This document shows, in pieces, positions 12,663 through 23,214 of a stretch of 64,000 nucleotides of DNA (position 1 is its first letter; each line of letters opens with the position of its first letter). The notes under the pieces were generated by a model. It was not told where the DNA came from, did not search any database, and saw only the letters and a list, made by a program, of their open reading frames with translations. Made by a program: the position numbers and the translations under genes. Origin of the DNA: Bugula neritina (Eukaryota > Animalia > Bryozoa); assembly GCA_964035545.1 (NCBI GenBank), contig OZ037767.1, positions 693,680 through 757,679 on the forward strand. The letters are read 5' to 3'.

Positions 12663-13693
12663 TCAATGGCCCATCAAGTCAGCTTCATCATACACGTGAA
12701 TATTCGAGTCAAACTCGCAGGTCATGAGATCTCCAGTGAGTTTGTAGCCTGCGTAGCAGAGACACACCCATCCGCTGCCAAGGGGATGACAGCTATGCTC
12801 ACAGTCTAACGGGCAGATCTTCAAGTCAGCTGAATCGTAGCTTATGCACCTGCAAACATTCAAGTGTAGCCTGACATTCCACCATAGTATTAGTTTTCAC
12901 TGCATCATTCAAGTGATATATGTTATAATAGCTCACTCATTCTGGGCGTTTAATGGGCAATTTTCATTGGTTATTCTGTTGCTGTATTTGTACGCTCTTT
13001 CTGAATCTCCTTTTAAATTTACTTTACAGTAAAAATCACCAACATCCTCTTCAGTCACATCCTTCAACTCAAACATGATCGACCCTAGACATCAAAATGA
13101 AAATAGTTTGCATTCTAGCCAATCTTTGAAGTTTAATAAATTCAGCAAACTCTACGTTTTATTCTACAAACTTACATTTAGACCAAAACATGCCAACAAC
13201 TTGCATAGTCCGATCTTATACTCCTATCTCATACCCCTCTCTCTCTCTCTCTCTCCCTCTCCCTCTCCCTCTCCCTCTCCCTCTCCCTCTCCCTCTCCCT
13301 CTCCCTCTCCCTCTCCCTCTCCCTCTCCCTCTCCCTCTCCCTCTCCCTCTCCCTCTCCCTCTCCCCTCTCCCTCTCCCTCTCCCTCTCCCTCTCCCTCTC
13401 CCTCTCCCTCTCCCTCTCCCTCTCCCTCTCCCTCTCCCTCTCCCTCTCCCTCTCCCTCTCCCTCCCTCCCTCCCCCTCCCCCCCCCCCTCCCTCCCTCCC
13501 TCCCTCCCCCCCCCCCCTCCCTCCCTCCCTCCCTCCCCCCCCCCTCCCTCCCTCCCTCCCTCCCTCCCTCCCTCCCTCCCTCCCTCTTTCCCTCCCTCCC
13601 TCCCTCCCTCCCTCCCTCCCTCCCTCCCTCCCTCCCTCCCTCCCTCCCTCCCTCCCTCCCTCCCTCCCTCCCTCCCTCCCTCCCTCCCTCCCT

Positions 13694-13758
<65 letters not shown>

Positions 13759-14406
13759 ATCTCCTACCTCTCTCTCTCTCTCCTATCTCCTACCTCTCTC
13801 TCTCTCTCCTATCTCTTACCTCTCTGCACAGGAATATTGTCACAGCTTAGGGGTATTCCATCTCCTATGTAGGCCAACTTTAGTTTATCGCGACTATTGG
13901 AAGTGTAGTCAGACGTCTGGTTGTACATAGAAACGGGCCGGCCGATGGAGTCTGCTCCACACATGTACTCGTACAGGAAGTTGGTGGCGCCACTGTACTT
14001 CCCCACAGCTATGTGTGCAACTTGTGCTCCGGGAATGGTACTGTACTCACAGTTGAACAACTAAAGCAATCGGTGAAACTTCATCATGTTTAATTATAAG
14101 TTGCTCTTCCATGAAATGTTTCCATTTAAAGTGTTGGAGTTGCATGAATGAGATATTTAAATAACAACCAAGCCTGCCGGTTTTATAAGCTAGGTGTACT
14201 AAGTGACCCAACAGTGAAGGAGTTCTTACTATATTTGAGCCGATAGCAAATGGTACACTTGTTGCGTGAACTCCAAAGAGAAAGAGATTTATTGACGTCA
14301 GCTCTAAGTTGCTGCTGTTCACATGGAGCTGCTGAAATCTAGCGACACTCAACTCCACTAGAGTTACTGCAAGCATCAGTTGGGGGAGGTAGCACACGGC
14401 CCGCAT
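12663..14406 (-). CDS. Uncharacterised secreted protein: signal peptide + Ig V-type-like domain + C-terminal EGF-like domain, ~250 aa
   Basis: Exons 14406-14230, 14060-13820, 13084-12937 and 12849-12663 splice in frame (753 nt). Hydrophobic N-terminus, GSNILFNCEY (B-strand Cys), FELKDVTEEDVGDFYC (DxGxY/FxC F-strand) and a six-Cys EGF CPLDCEHSCHPLGSGWVCLCYAGYKLTGDLMTC. A probable 5'UTR exon ends at the donor near 14923. Confidence 0.75.
13236..13819. repeat. ~580-bp polypyrimidine/polypurine compound microsatellite ((CT)n, (CTCTCC)n, (CCCT)n)
   Basis: Almost pure C/T on the + strand; intronic in the IgV-EGF gene. Confidence 0.97.
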
Positions 14407-15652
14407 TTCTAGCAGTAAACACAGCTTTAGTTATCAACATGAAAATTTTATCTGCTATTCTTACTCGATTAAATACTAGGGCGTATGTATTTAATTGCAA
14501 CACTGTGAAGTACATACAACTCACAAGGTAGCTATTTCAGTACATTTTCACTATAGAAATTTTGTCTGTTTTTATAGAAATTTTTGCTCTCTGCTGTAAC
14601 TTGCAGCTGGAAAGCAAAGGTTTTGTGCTGCTGTTTATTTCTCCTATCAGTGTTACTTCATTTTTATACTTGATATGTTATTTAATTTGCTTTATTTTTC
14701 ACATTGCAAGGTTCGAATTCTAATTAGTTCTGACCACTATTCAGATATGAGAACATCCAACACTAGTACTTCTCCAACACTGCAATGTTTAACTGCACTA
14801 CTCCATTACTATGCTAGTTGCTAACTCCACAACTAGTACTCAAGGTGTTCAAATGCAATTACTTTTAACACAAAGCTGAAGTTGTCACATGAACAGTAAT
14901 GTCAGTAGTGTGAGAAACATACCTGGCTTATTACAATGTTGTTGCAATGGATAGCTTTAGTTTAGCGCTACATTAAGTCTAGCATTAGGTTCCACTTTAC
15001 GAAAGACTTATTGGCATAATGTCCCCAGATTAATAAAGACACTAACATTTAGAGAGTAGAGATTGTAATACAATATTCTGGACAATGCGCTAAAAATTTT
15101 AGCTCTAATAAAATTAAACAATTTATTATGTTATTTTATAATCATTGTTATATTAGTAAAATACACAAAATCTAGTCCGATGAGCAGAAATGTGAAAGTG
15201 TTAGTTGTAAAATTCCATAAAAAGACAATCACTTTACATAAAATTGATAGACATTAGATAAGAATACAAAATTGGAACAGTTTTGCCTAATTAAAAAATT
15301 GATTATCTCAACATGTATATTAGCATGTATAACAAATCCCACCATTCCAAGTTATAAAATCATGTTTTAAAAAAATTATAAATATTAGGCTGTCCACACA
15401 TGCAGAACAATCTGATGAGCACCAACTGCCCTATGGGTGTGTGCAATACTGATCAGTAAACAAGGGGAGCTCAGCCAGCACTGACCAATCAGCACTGAGC
15501 TATGAACTCGATGTATGTAGGCAGGTGATTTGCTTAGATGTTAAACTATGACTGTGTAAAAACTTGCATGTGCGGACAACCAACGCATAATTAGAATGTC
15601 ATAAAAAGAGACGGTTTACTGATAGGGTGGAACCGGTGTGGTGGTGGAGGTT

Positions 15653-18600
15653 TTACAATTCTGGCTTTGTACCTGCAGACGCACCTAGACAAAAATGACA
15701 GGATATGACGAAAGCGAATGCCATGACAAACTGAAAAGTTATAAAGTTGCAAAAATCAAAACAAGTGTGGATAAACTTATGATGAGCAAAAATCAGAAGG
15801 AGGCTGGTATAAATCAGAAGGAGGCTGGTATAAATCAGAAGGAGGCTGGTATAAATCAGAAGGAGGCTGGTATAAATCAGAAGGAGGCTGGTATAAATCA
15901 GAAGGAGGCTGGTATAAATCAGAAGGAGGCTGGTATAAATCAGAAAGAGGCCGGTGTAAATTGGGGAAAGGCTAACATATACTACAAATGATCGAGTGAG
16001 AAGGTGACAAGAAACAAAAGTTAGTCAGAATTATAAAACCAGCTCCACAACACAGACACCACACCACATGAACCTGCAAGTTTAGTATAAATTATAAAAT
16101 ATAAACCACACAATTAGTGGGAAAACATCACTGAGCCAACTGTGTAAAATGACATATAAATAGGAGTTGAATGTTTGTTAGGTGGAGGAGGTGCAGGAGT
16201 CACTCTAGCCTGTCTTTGAAGCAGGTATTCCTAACAACACAGGAGAAGGGTTTACAAGAGAAGACAACTGACACTAAATCAAAGCTAGAGTTGTATCTAC
16301 CTGACAGAAACTTACCCTTAGTTATCCCAAAGTAGAGGACAACTCCAATGATGACAGCCGCAGGTATGAATACAGCCAATCCTTTGAGTAGTGTGTTTAG
16401 TCTTTCTGGCAGTTTGAAGATAAACTGGAGTCGTTTCATCTTTTCCGGAGTATGAGGAGAGTACCTCATCATTCTATATAACAGGAGATGGGAGGGTAGA
16501 GGTGACCGCCCGCACTTACATATGACATATAACACAGAAAAAAATATACAGATGCATGCTTGATCACAATAATGACATGTGTTTGAAAGGCTTAATCTTA
16601 TTCTAAAAGTAGAAATACAGTGAGTTTGTCTTTTCACTTCAACAGTAATTGTCTGTTGTATGTTTTAAACTCACTCTTATATTGCATAAAAACAGTCAAA
16701 CTAGAGTCATGGAGAGCTGAATAAAGTCACAGACAACTGAACAGAGTCACAGACAGCTGAATAGAGTCACGGACAGCTGAATAAAGTCACGGACAGATAG
16801 AATAGAGTCACGGACAGATAGAATAGTCACAGACAGCTGAATAGAGTCACGGACAGCTGAATAGAGTCACAGACAGATAGAATAGTCACAGACAGCTGAA
16901 TAGAGTCACGGACAGCTGAATAGAGTCACAGACAGATAGAATAGAGTCACAGACAGCTGAATAGAGTCACAGACAGCTGAATAGAGTCACGGACAGCTGA
17001 ATAGAGTCACAGACAGATAGAATAGAGTCACAGACAACTAAATAGTCACGGACAACTGAAGCTCACTTGTTAAGAAACTCCATGCCTTGTGGTTTGACTA
17101 AAACCGACTTCCTGTGAGAGAAATTCTCAAAACCCGAGTCACCACCATAACAGCCGAACCCACTGGCTCCGACACCCCCAAATGGCAGACCTCTTTCTGC
17201 AAATACAATTAAAGTTCAGAGAGAACACAACTCCTTGTGCTGATATTTCACCACATAGACGGGAATTGCTTTGTCTAAATTTAACAAGCCGTGCTATTCT
17301 ATATGCCAATAGATTAGTAGAATATGTTATCACATACAGTCGTATTGCTTTCCAACAGCTCATAGAAATGACTGAGATGGACTCACCTATTCTAAATATT
17401 ATGCAATCGTTTGCGGAAACACCCCCAGATGAAGTCCTTTGAACGAATTCATCAATCACAGCCTTGTCTTTAGAGAAGACGTTGACATGCAGAGCCTTCT
17501 CCCTGTGTGTATAACAAACGCGTGCAAAACCCATCTCAGACTAAACTCCAACTACTACATGTATTCGGTCAAACAATTAATATCTATTCTAACATTTTAC
17601 AAGAGTTGATGAAGACCACTGTGATAAATTGAAACTCAACTGCTCTTGGGGTATAACCAAATATAAGTTAAACTTATAGAATATATTTTATAACAACAAA
17701 TAAATAGTAACAATGTGTGCACATGTAGCCAGCCATTACATGTCAAAGTTGCTTTTTATCATAAAATATGAACCATTGTTTACCCATTTATCTTTCTTCA
17801 TTGAATTAAAGTGCTGATAAGATAATAAGAGATAAAGAAAAGAGATAAGGAAAAGAGCTCTGTAATAAAATGTCTGCTTAGTTATGTTCAGATATATTTA
17901 GAAGTAGTAGGCACTTATAACGTATAACTGAGTAGATGAGCATCTTCTGTTACTCATGTGAACATGCGATGTGCAGGGACAGATAACTGCAGTATATGCT
18001 GACCCACAGTCTCTCTATTATATAATAGAAGACTATGGTTTATCTCTATACTCTATGCAGCACATTCTATTACTGTACTCTGTAACTACGCAGTATACCT
18101 GCTCAGTCAAGACACGCACCTGCCGTTAATGAAGTCGATGGCCTCTTTGTGGTCTCTCACAGCAAAGACAGGAAGTAGGGGGCCAAAGATCTCTTCCTGC
18201 ATCATCCTGTCAGAGGGGCCGACGCCTGTGACCACAGTGGGCGAGAAGTAGCGAGCGGTCCTATCACTCACCCCGCCCAAACGGATATTAGCACCGGGGC
18301 TAGAGTCCAGCAAGTCTGAGACTCTCTGGAAGTGACGGTCGTTGATAATCTGACAGTAGCTGTCGCAGTGAGCGGGGTTGTCGGTGTACTGCTCCTTGAT
18401 TGTGTCACACAGCTTCTGTATGAAGGCTTCCTGCAAAAGTGTCAGTTACTAGTGACTGAGTAGTACTAGGCACTAGTGACTGAGTAGTAATAGTTACTAG
18501 TGACTGAGTAGTAATAGTTACTAGTGACTGAGTAGTACTAGTTACTAGTGACTGAGTAGTACTAGTTACCAGTAACTGAGTAGTACTAGTTACTAGTGAC

Positions 18601-20308
18601 TAAGTAGTAATAGTTACTAATGACTGAGTAGTACTAGTTACTAATGACTAAGTAGTAATAGTTACTAATGACTGAGTAGTATTACCTCCACAGACGCCTG
18701 CACCATGATGTAGTCTACAGAGATACAAGTCTGCCCGGCATTCTTGAACTTAGCCCAGCATATCCTGTTACAGACTGAGTCTAAGTCACTACCTGCGTCC
18801 ACGTAACTCGGGCTACAAGCAGACCACTTACATATCCAGCATACTGTATGAACATATCTACTGCAACATCTCAATCGAAGACTTCACTATAACACCTGAC
18901 ATGCACTCGACCCACCATTTGCCTCCAAGTTCCAGGGTACAGGGCGTCAGGTGCTCCGCGGCTGCCTTGTAGACGATCTTACCAACCGGTCCGCTGCCAG
19001 TGTAGATCACATGATCCCATTTCAACTTGAGGAGAGCTGTCGTTTCAGGTACGCCTCCTTCTATCACTTTCACACAGTCCTGTATACACAAGATGTGTAT
19101 GTACTGTGTATACTACAGTATGTACTGTGTATACTACAGTATGCACTGTGTTTACTACAGTATGTACTGTGTATACTACAGTATGTGCTGTGTATACTAC
19201 AGTACATACTGTGTATACTACAGTCTGTACTGTGTATACTACAGTCTGTACTGTGTATACTACAGTATTTACTGTGTATACTACAGTATGTACTGTGTAT
19301 ACTACAGTCTGTACTGTGTATACTACAGTATGCACTGTGTATACTACAGTATGCACAGTGTATACTATAGTATGTACTGCATACACCACAGTATGTCATG
19401 TTAGAGTAGGTGACAGGTTAGAACAGTAAAACAGGCATGTAACTAGGAGTATAGATAGTATACACGTACAGGGTCCATGTAGTTGGGAAGTAAGTTAGCC
19501 AGAAGTTTGGAGGTATTCTCAGCAAGTTCAGATGGTTTGATGACAATGCAGTTACCTGTAATAGTAAGTACATACTGTGTAAGTACATACAGTGTAAGTG
19601 CACACAGTGTAATGACATACAGTGTAAGTACATCCTACATTGGGTAAGTAAGTACATACCAGCAGCTATTATATTTATCATGGTAGAAATGGGTATCTGA
19701 ATAGGGTAGTTCCACGCCCCAATATCCAGGATAACTCCGAGGGGTTCACAGTGTACGTACGCAGTACTTCCTATGTTCACTAACTCTACACTTTTCTACA
19801 AGTATGTTACTATTCAATATGAAATCAACTACTAGTAGATATAATACAACATGAATATAATTACTAGTAGAATACGCAATGTGAATATAACTTATTACTA
19901 GTAGAAAAACACAAAACTTTCACTATAGTGTAACTTTTGTTGCACATACCTTTTTATCCTTCATCAATCTGTTCAAGTTTGACAAAAACCATTTGGCTTC
20001 ATCGATGCAGAATGCCACTTCATCTACGATGCTGTCGTAACCATCCTACGCAGCAATCATACAGTCATTTGTCTCAACAAAAGGAAAACAGGTTGACTAG
20101 TTGATATAAAACTGATAATTTGGTTAAATTTACTTATTCAACACACTTTCATTAGATCCAGCTTCAGAGCTTCGCAAATTTCCCGCTGCTTCTCCGTTAG
20201 AAATCTGATGACAGCATTTAGTTGAGACACCCTCCAGTCCCTAGTCTTGGTTTTACCACTTTTGAACACTGCTCGCATGTCCTCCACCATCTTCCCATAC
20301 TGCTCCAT
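15653..20308 (-). CDS. ALDH3: Aldehyde dehydrogenase family 3 (fatty aldehyde dehydrogenase, ALDH3A2-like) with C-terminal TM anchor, ~505 aa
   Basis: Exons 20308-20147, 20045-19950, 19795-19660, 19555-19470, 19079-18916, 18812-18686, 18430-18120, 17502-17387, 17196-17067, 16473-16316 and a probable terminal exon 15684-15653. Motifs EPLGV, GAWNYP, KPSE, YTGS, LELGGKCP, NAGQTC (catalytic Cys), [16 protein letters not shown] and a hydrophobic tail. The choice of terminal exon is uncertain. Confidence 0.93.
15788..15960. repeat. 21-bp minisatellite (aaatcagaaggaggctggtat, ~8 copies)
   Basis: Visible tandem copies; source of the NQKEAGI repeat ORF. Confidence 0.95.
16705..17060. repeat. ~20-bp minisatellite (atagagtcacagacagctga) in an ALDH3 intron
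   Basis: About 17 variant copies abutting the donor at 17066. Confidence 0.93.
18443..18685. repeat. 24-bp minisatellite (agttactagtgactgagtagtaat, ~10 copies) filling an ALDH3 intron
   Basis: Runs from the donor (18685) to within ~12 nt of the acceptor (18431). Confidence 0.93.
19098..19392. repeat. 21-bp minisatellite (tatgtactgtgtatactacag, ~14 copies) in an ALDH3 intron
   Basis: Visible tandem copies; explains the cluster of repeat ORFs at 18951-19429. Confidence 0.95.
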
Positions 20309-21029
20309 TATTACAGTTCAGTGGTTCTTAGTCTATACTAATACATATGACATACAATGTCTATATAATGGCACTTTATAAGTCAAAGTTATTGTACAAT
20401 TATGAGTTTTAAATCATCATTATAACCATTATTTTTAGTATTACTATTAGTATTACATTTACTATTAAAATAAATATTAATAACTAATAAGTCTAACTAC
20501 AAGTAGCCTATAGGTATAACTATAGATATTAATATGTATAATTAGTACTATTTTAAGCATAACTAAAACTAATAGTAATAAGTAATACTAATAGCAATAC
20601 TATAACTTAAACTATTACTAAGTCTAGTGCTAAATGTAGTTTTACTGATTTACTTTTAGTTCAACTTTAACAATTCAAATTTTAGAGTTAGAGTTAGTTT
20701 CACTGTTAGAGTTAGTGTTACTATAACTATAACTCTACTATAAGAATAAGTATAACTAATACACCATAATTATAAGTATAACTATAACTATAACTTATAC
20801 TTAAAGTATAAGTATAGCTTATAAGTATAACTATAAGTATAAGTATTAAAATATTATCATGATTGTTACAATCATTCATACTATTAGTATTAGTATTACA
20901 ATTGTATATCAATTATTGAATATCAATATGAATATCATTATCATTATCATTATGGTTATGATTATTTTTTATTATTAATATTAACTTTAACTTTAAGTAT
21001 TACTATTAGTATTAGTATTATCATGAAAT

Positions 21030-21430
21030 TTCTAAAGCCGCAGGCAGTTGTATGCGCAAAGACCGGCTGCTAACTTTACTGCTATTCTGCAAAGCTTTTT
21101 AATACTAGCTATTAACATAAACATCTGCAACTATCATCATTTATGATAATGATTACAAAGTCCGATGAGTAAAATACATGAAACGCTCAGTCATTGATAA
21201 GAATTGATCTGTAAACGACTTGCAAAGCTATGCTTTAATTGTAAATGGAGATATCAATGCAATGGTAAACTGGTCATTGCACTCAACGATTCTGTCACAT
21301 GAACAACTTTGTTAGTTGGTGCACAACGGTACGAATTCGCGGGTTTTTACTTTCGCTCTAAGAACTGAAGCTACAATAATTAATTTACATTTTAATGACC
21401 TTCTCAATTTTCTCTAATTCAATTTGAATG
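21030..21430. promoter_or_regulatory. Probable bidirectional promoter between ALDH3 (-) and the FLASH-like gene (+)
   Basis: A CpG-containing, less AT-rich island between divergent genes. Both ATG exons are preceded by splice acceptors (near 20333 on -, 23178 on +). The TSSs were not located. Confidence 0.5.
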
Positions 21431-22965
21431 TTAAACTTGATTACTGTAACAGTGCTGATAATCATTAGCTGTTAGACTGTTTGAAATTGAAGTGTTAGTT
21501 ATAAGTTAGTTCAAATTTTTTTTATTTTCATTTAAATTTCAGTTTATAATTAAGTATTCCTGTTTGTCACTAAGTTAGTGTCAGTGTTACACTGTTAGTG
21601 TTAGTGTTAGCTTTTAGTTTTTGTAAGGTCTAAATTTAATTCAAGTTGAAGTTCTAAAAGTTGAAGACAGAAGTGAACAGTCACACTGCCAGTCACATTG
21701 ACTAACAGACTATTACTATGACTATCACTTGAATATGATACTCTATGACACTGACAGTGTCAGCATGAGTACGAGTATCAGTATGGCTATCATTGTGATT
21801 GTGAGTAACTCAGTATGTTCATTTGACTTTGTATTAGTATAACTATAAGTATTACTAAGTGAGTATTAGATTTATTCATTATGATTATATTCATTCAATA
21901 ATAGTAATACTAAGAGTAAGAGTAAGTAAAACTAAATGTTTTCCACTTCATTTAGTCGCTTGCTCTAACTCTTACTCTTAGTGTTATACTTACTCTCAGA
22001 GTCAGTTTAGTTACTTGATATTATTTTGCAGTTTTATAAACTTGTATTGAAGTAGGTCCAATTAGTTAACTCGGTCTCACACCATTACTATTAGTATTAG
22101 TATTATGATATTGGAATTTATCCTCATACTCATACCATCAATATGAGTATCAGTAACATTTAGTATCACTATCAGTATCATGCTGGTACTTACTCTGAGT
22201 GTTATGGTCATCAATAATAGTAATACTGATAGTCATAGTGTGTGTGACTATCAAGTATCAATATTACTATGAGTATGCTGAAATCCGCTTTCAAGCTCTA
22301 ACACTGAAACAGTTAGTATCAGTATGAGTAACACCAAGTCTAGTAACATTAACTGTAAAACTGATGCTTGAGCAACTTATAAGTTATATTTTTTCTAACT
22401 TACTCTGATAAAAATTTATTTAAGACTCTTAATATTATTATTATAATTAATATTATATTTATTTTTATTATAAGCGTAACTGTTACTGGACTAAATAAAG
22501 CTACAATATTACAATGATTATAGTACTAATTACAATGATTAAAGTACTAATTTTAAGTTTAGGACTGGGTATTGACCAAACTGACTCTGGGTCTGATACT
22601 CATGTACACAGAGATGATAATAACTTAAATATTGTCTAATTTGGCTTAAATCATGAAATCTCATTAGCTTTACTTCTAGTCTATGATAAATTTGCAACAA
22701 AAAGAAGTACCTTTAAAAAGCTAGTAAAATATGCTTTATAATATTAGTATGCTGTCATAAATATGCTTTTCCATAGAACTACTTAAAGGTGAAGTTACTG
22801 TCCACATGCTAGCATTTAATACTATGGTTTGAATTTCTTAGCAGTTTGTACTTGAACTCTCATTCATGGCCATCATATAAGCTTTTAACTTGCAAAGAAA
22901 ATAATGACATGGTGTGCCAAAGTCAAGTACATTCTGTAACCACATGTATTCACCTTGCCTTCATA

Positions 22966-23162
22966 TCTGTAGTAATATACTTGTATACAGTACTCCATTA
23001 TGATGTACAAGCTGTAGTAATACACTTGTATACAATACTCCATTATGGTATACAATCTGTAGTAATATACTTGTATACAGTACTCCATTATGATGTACAA
23101 GCTGTAGTAATATACTTGTATACAATACTCCATTATGATATACAAGCTGTAGTAATATACTC
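22966..23162. repeat. 45-bp minisatellite (~4.3 copies) just upstream of the first coding exon of the FLASH-like gene
   Basis: Unit ctgtagtaatatacttgtatacagtactccattatgatgtacaag. Confidence 0.92.
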
Positions 23163-23214
23163 TCAACTCTGTCAACAGCTGCATTTGAGGACGTCTGCTT
23201 TACTTTCAAACACA

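Noticed and set aside
13075-13930. Long Pro/Ser/Leu-rich ORFs (265 and 246 aa)
   Set aside because: Translations of the CT microsatellite, antisense to an intron of the IgV-EGF gene.
14047-14229. Apparent frameshift between ORFs 14047-14406 and 13809-14060 suggesting a pseudogene
   Set aside because: Resolved by a canonical intron (gtaaga 14229 ... ctttag 14061).
18951-19429. Overlapping repeat ORFs on both strands (also 1653-1934, 15695-15991, 22961-23497, 24156-24540, 31202-31570, 44857-45379)
   Set aside because: Stop-free frames through intronic minisatellites; the flanking exons splice cleanly around them.
21157-21195. Hammerhead-ribozyme-like ccgatgag...gaaac...gtc (similar motif at ~15175-15198)
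   Set aside because: The core reads CCGAUGA instead of CUGAUGA and stems I-III pair poorly; not supportable without an Infernal/RNAMotif search.
21336-21486. E2F-like TTCGCGGG and CHR-like TTTGAA upstream of the FLASH-like gene
   Set aside because: Weak matches, non-canonical spacing and unknown TSS; TTTGAA is common in AT-rich DNA.
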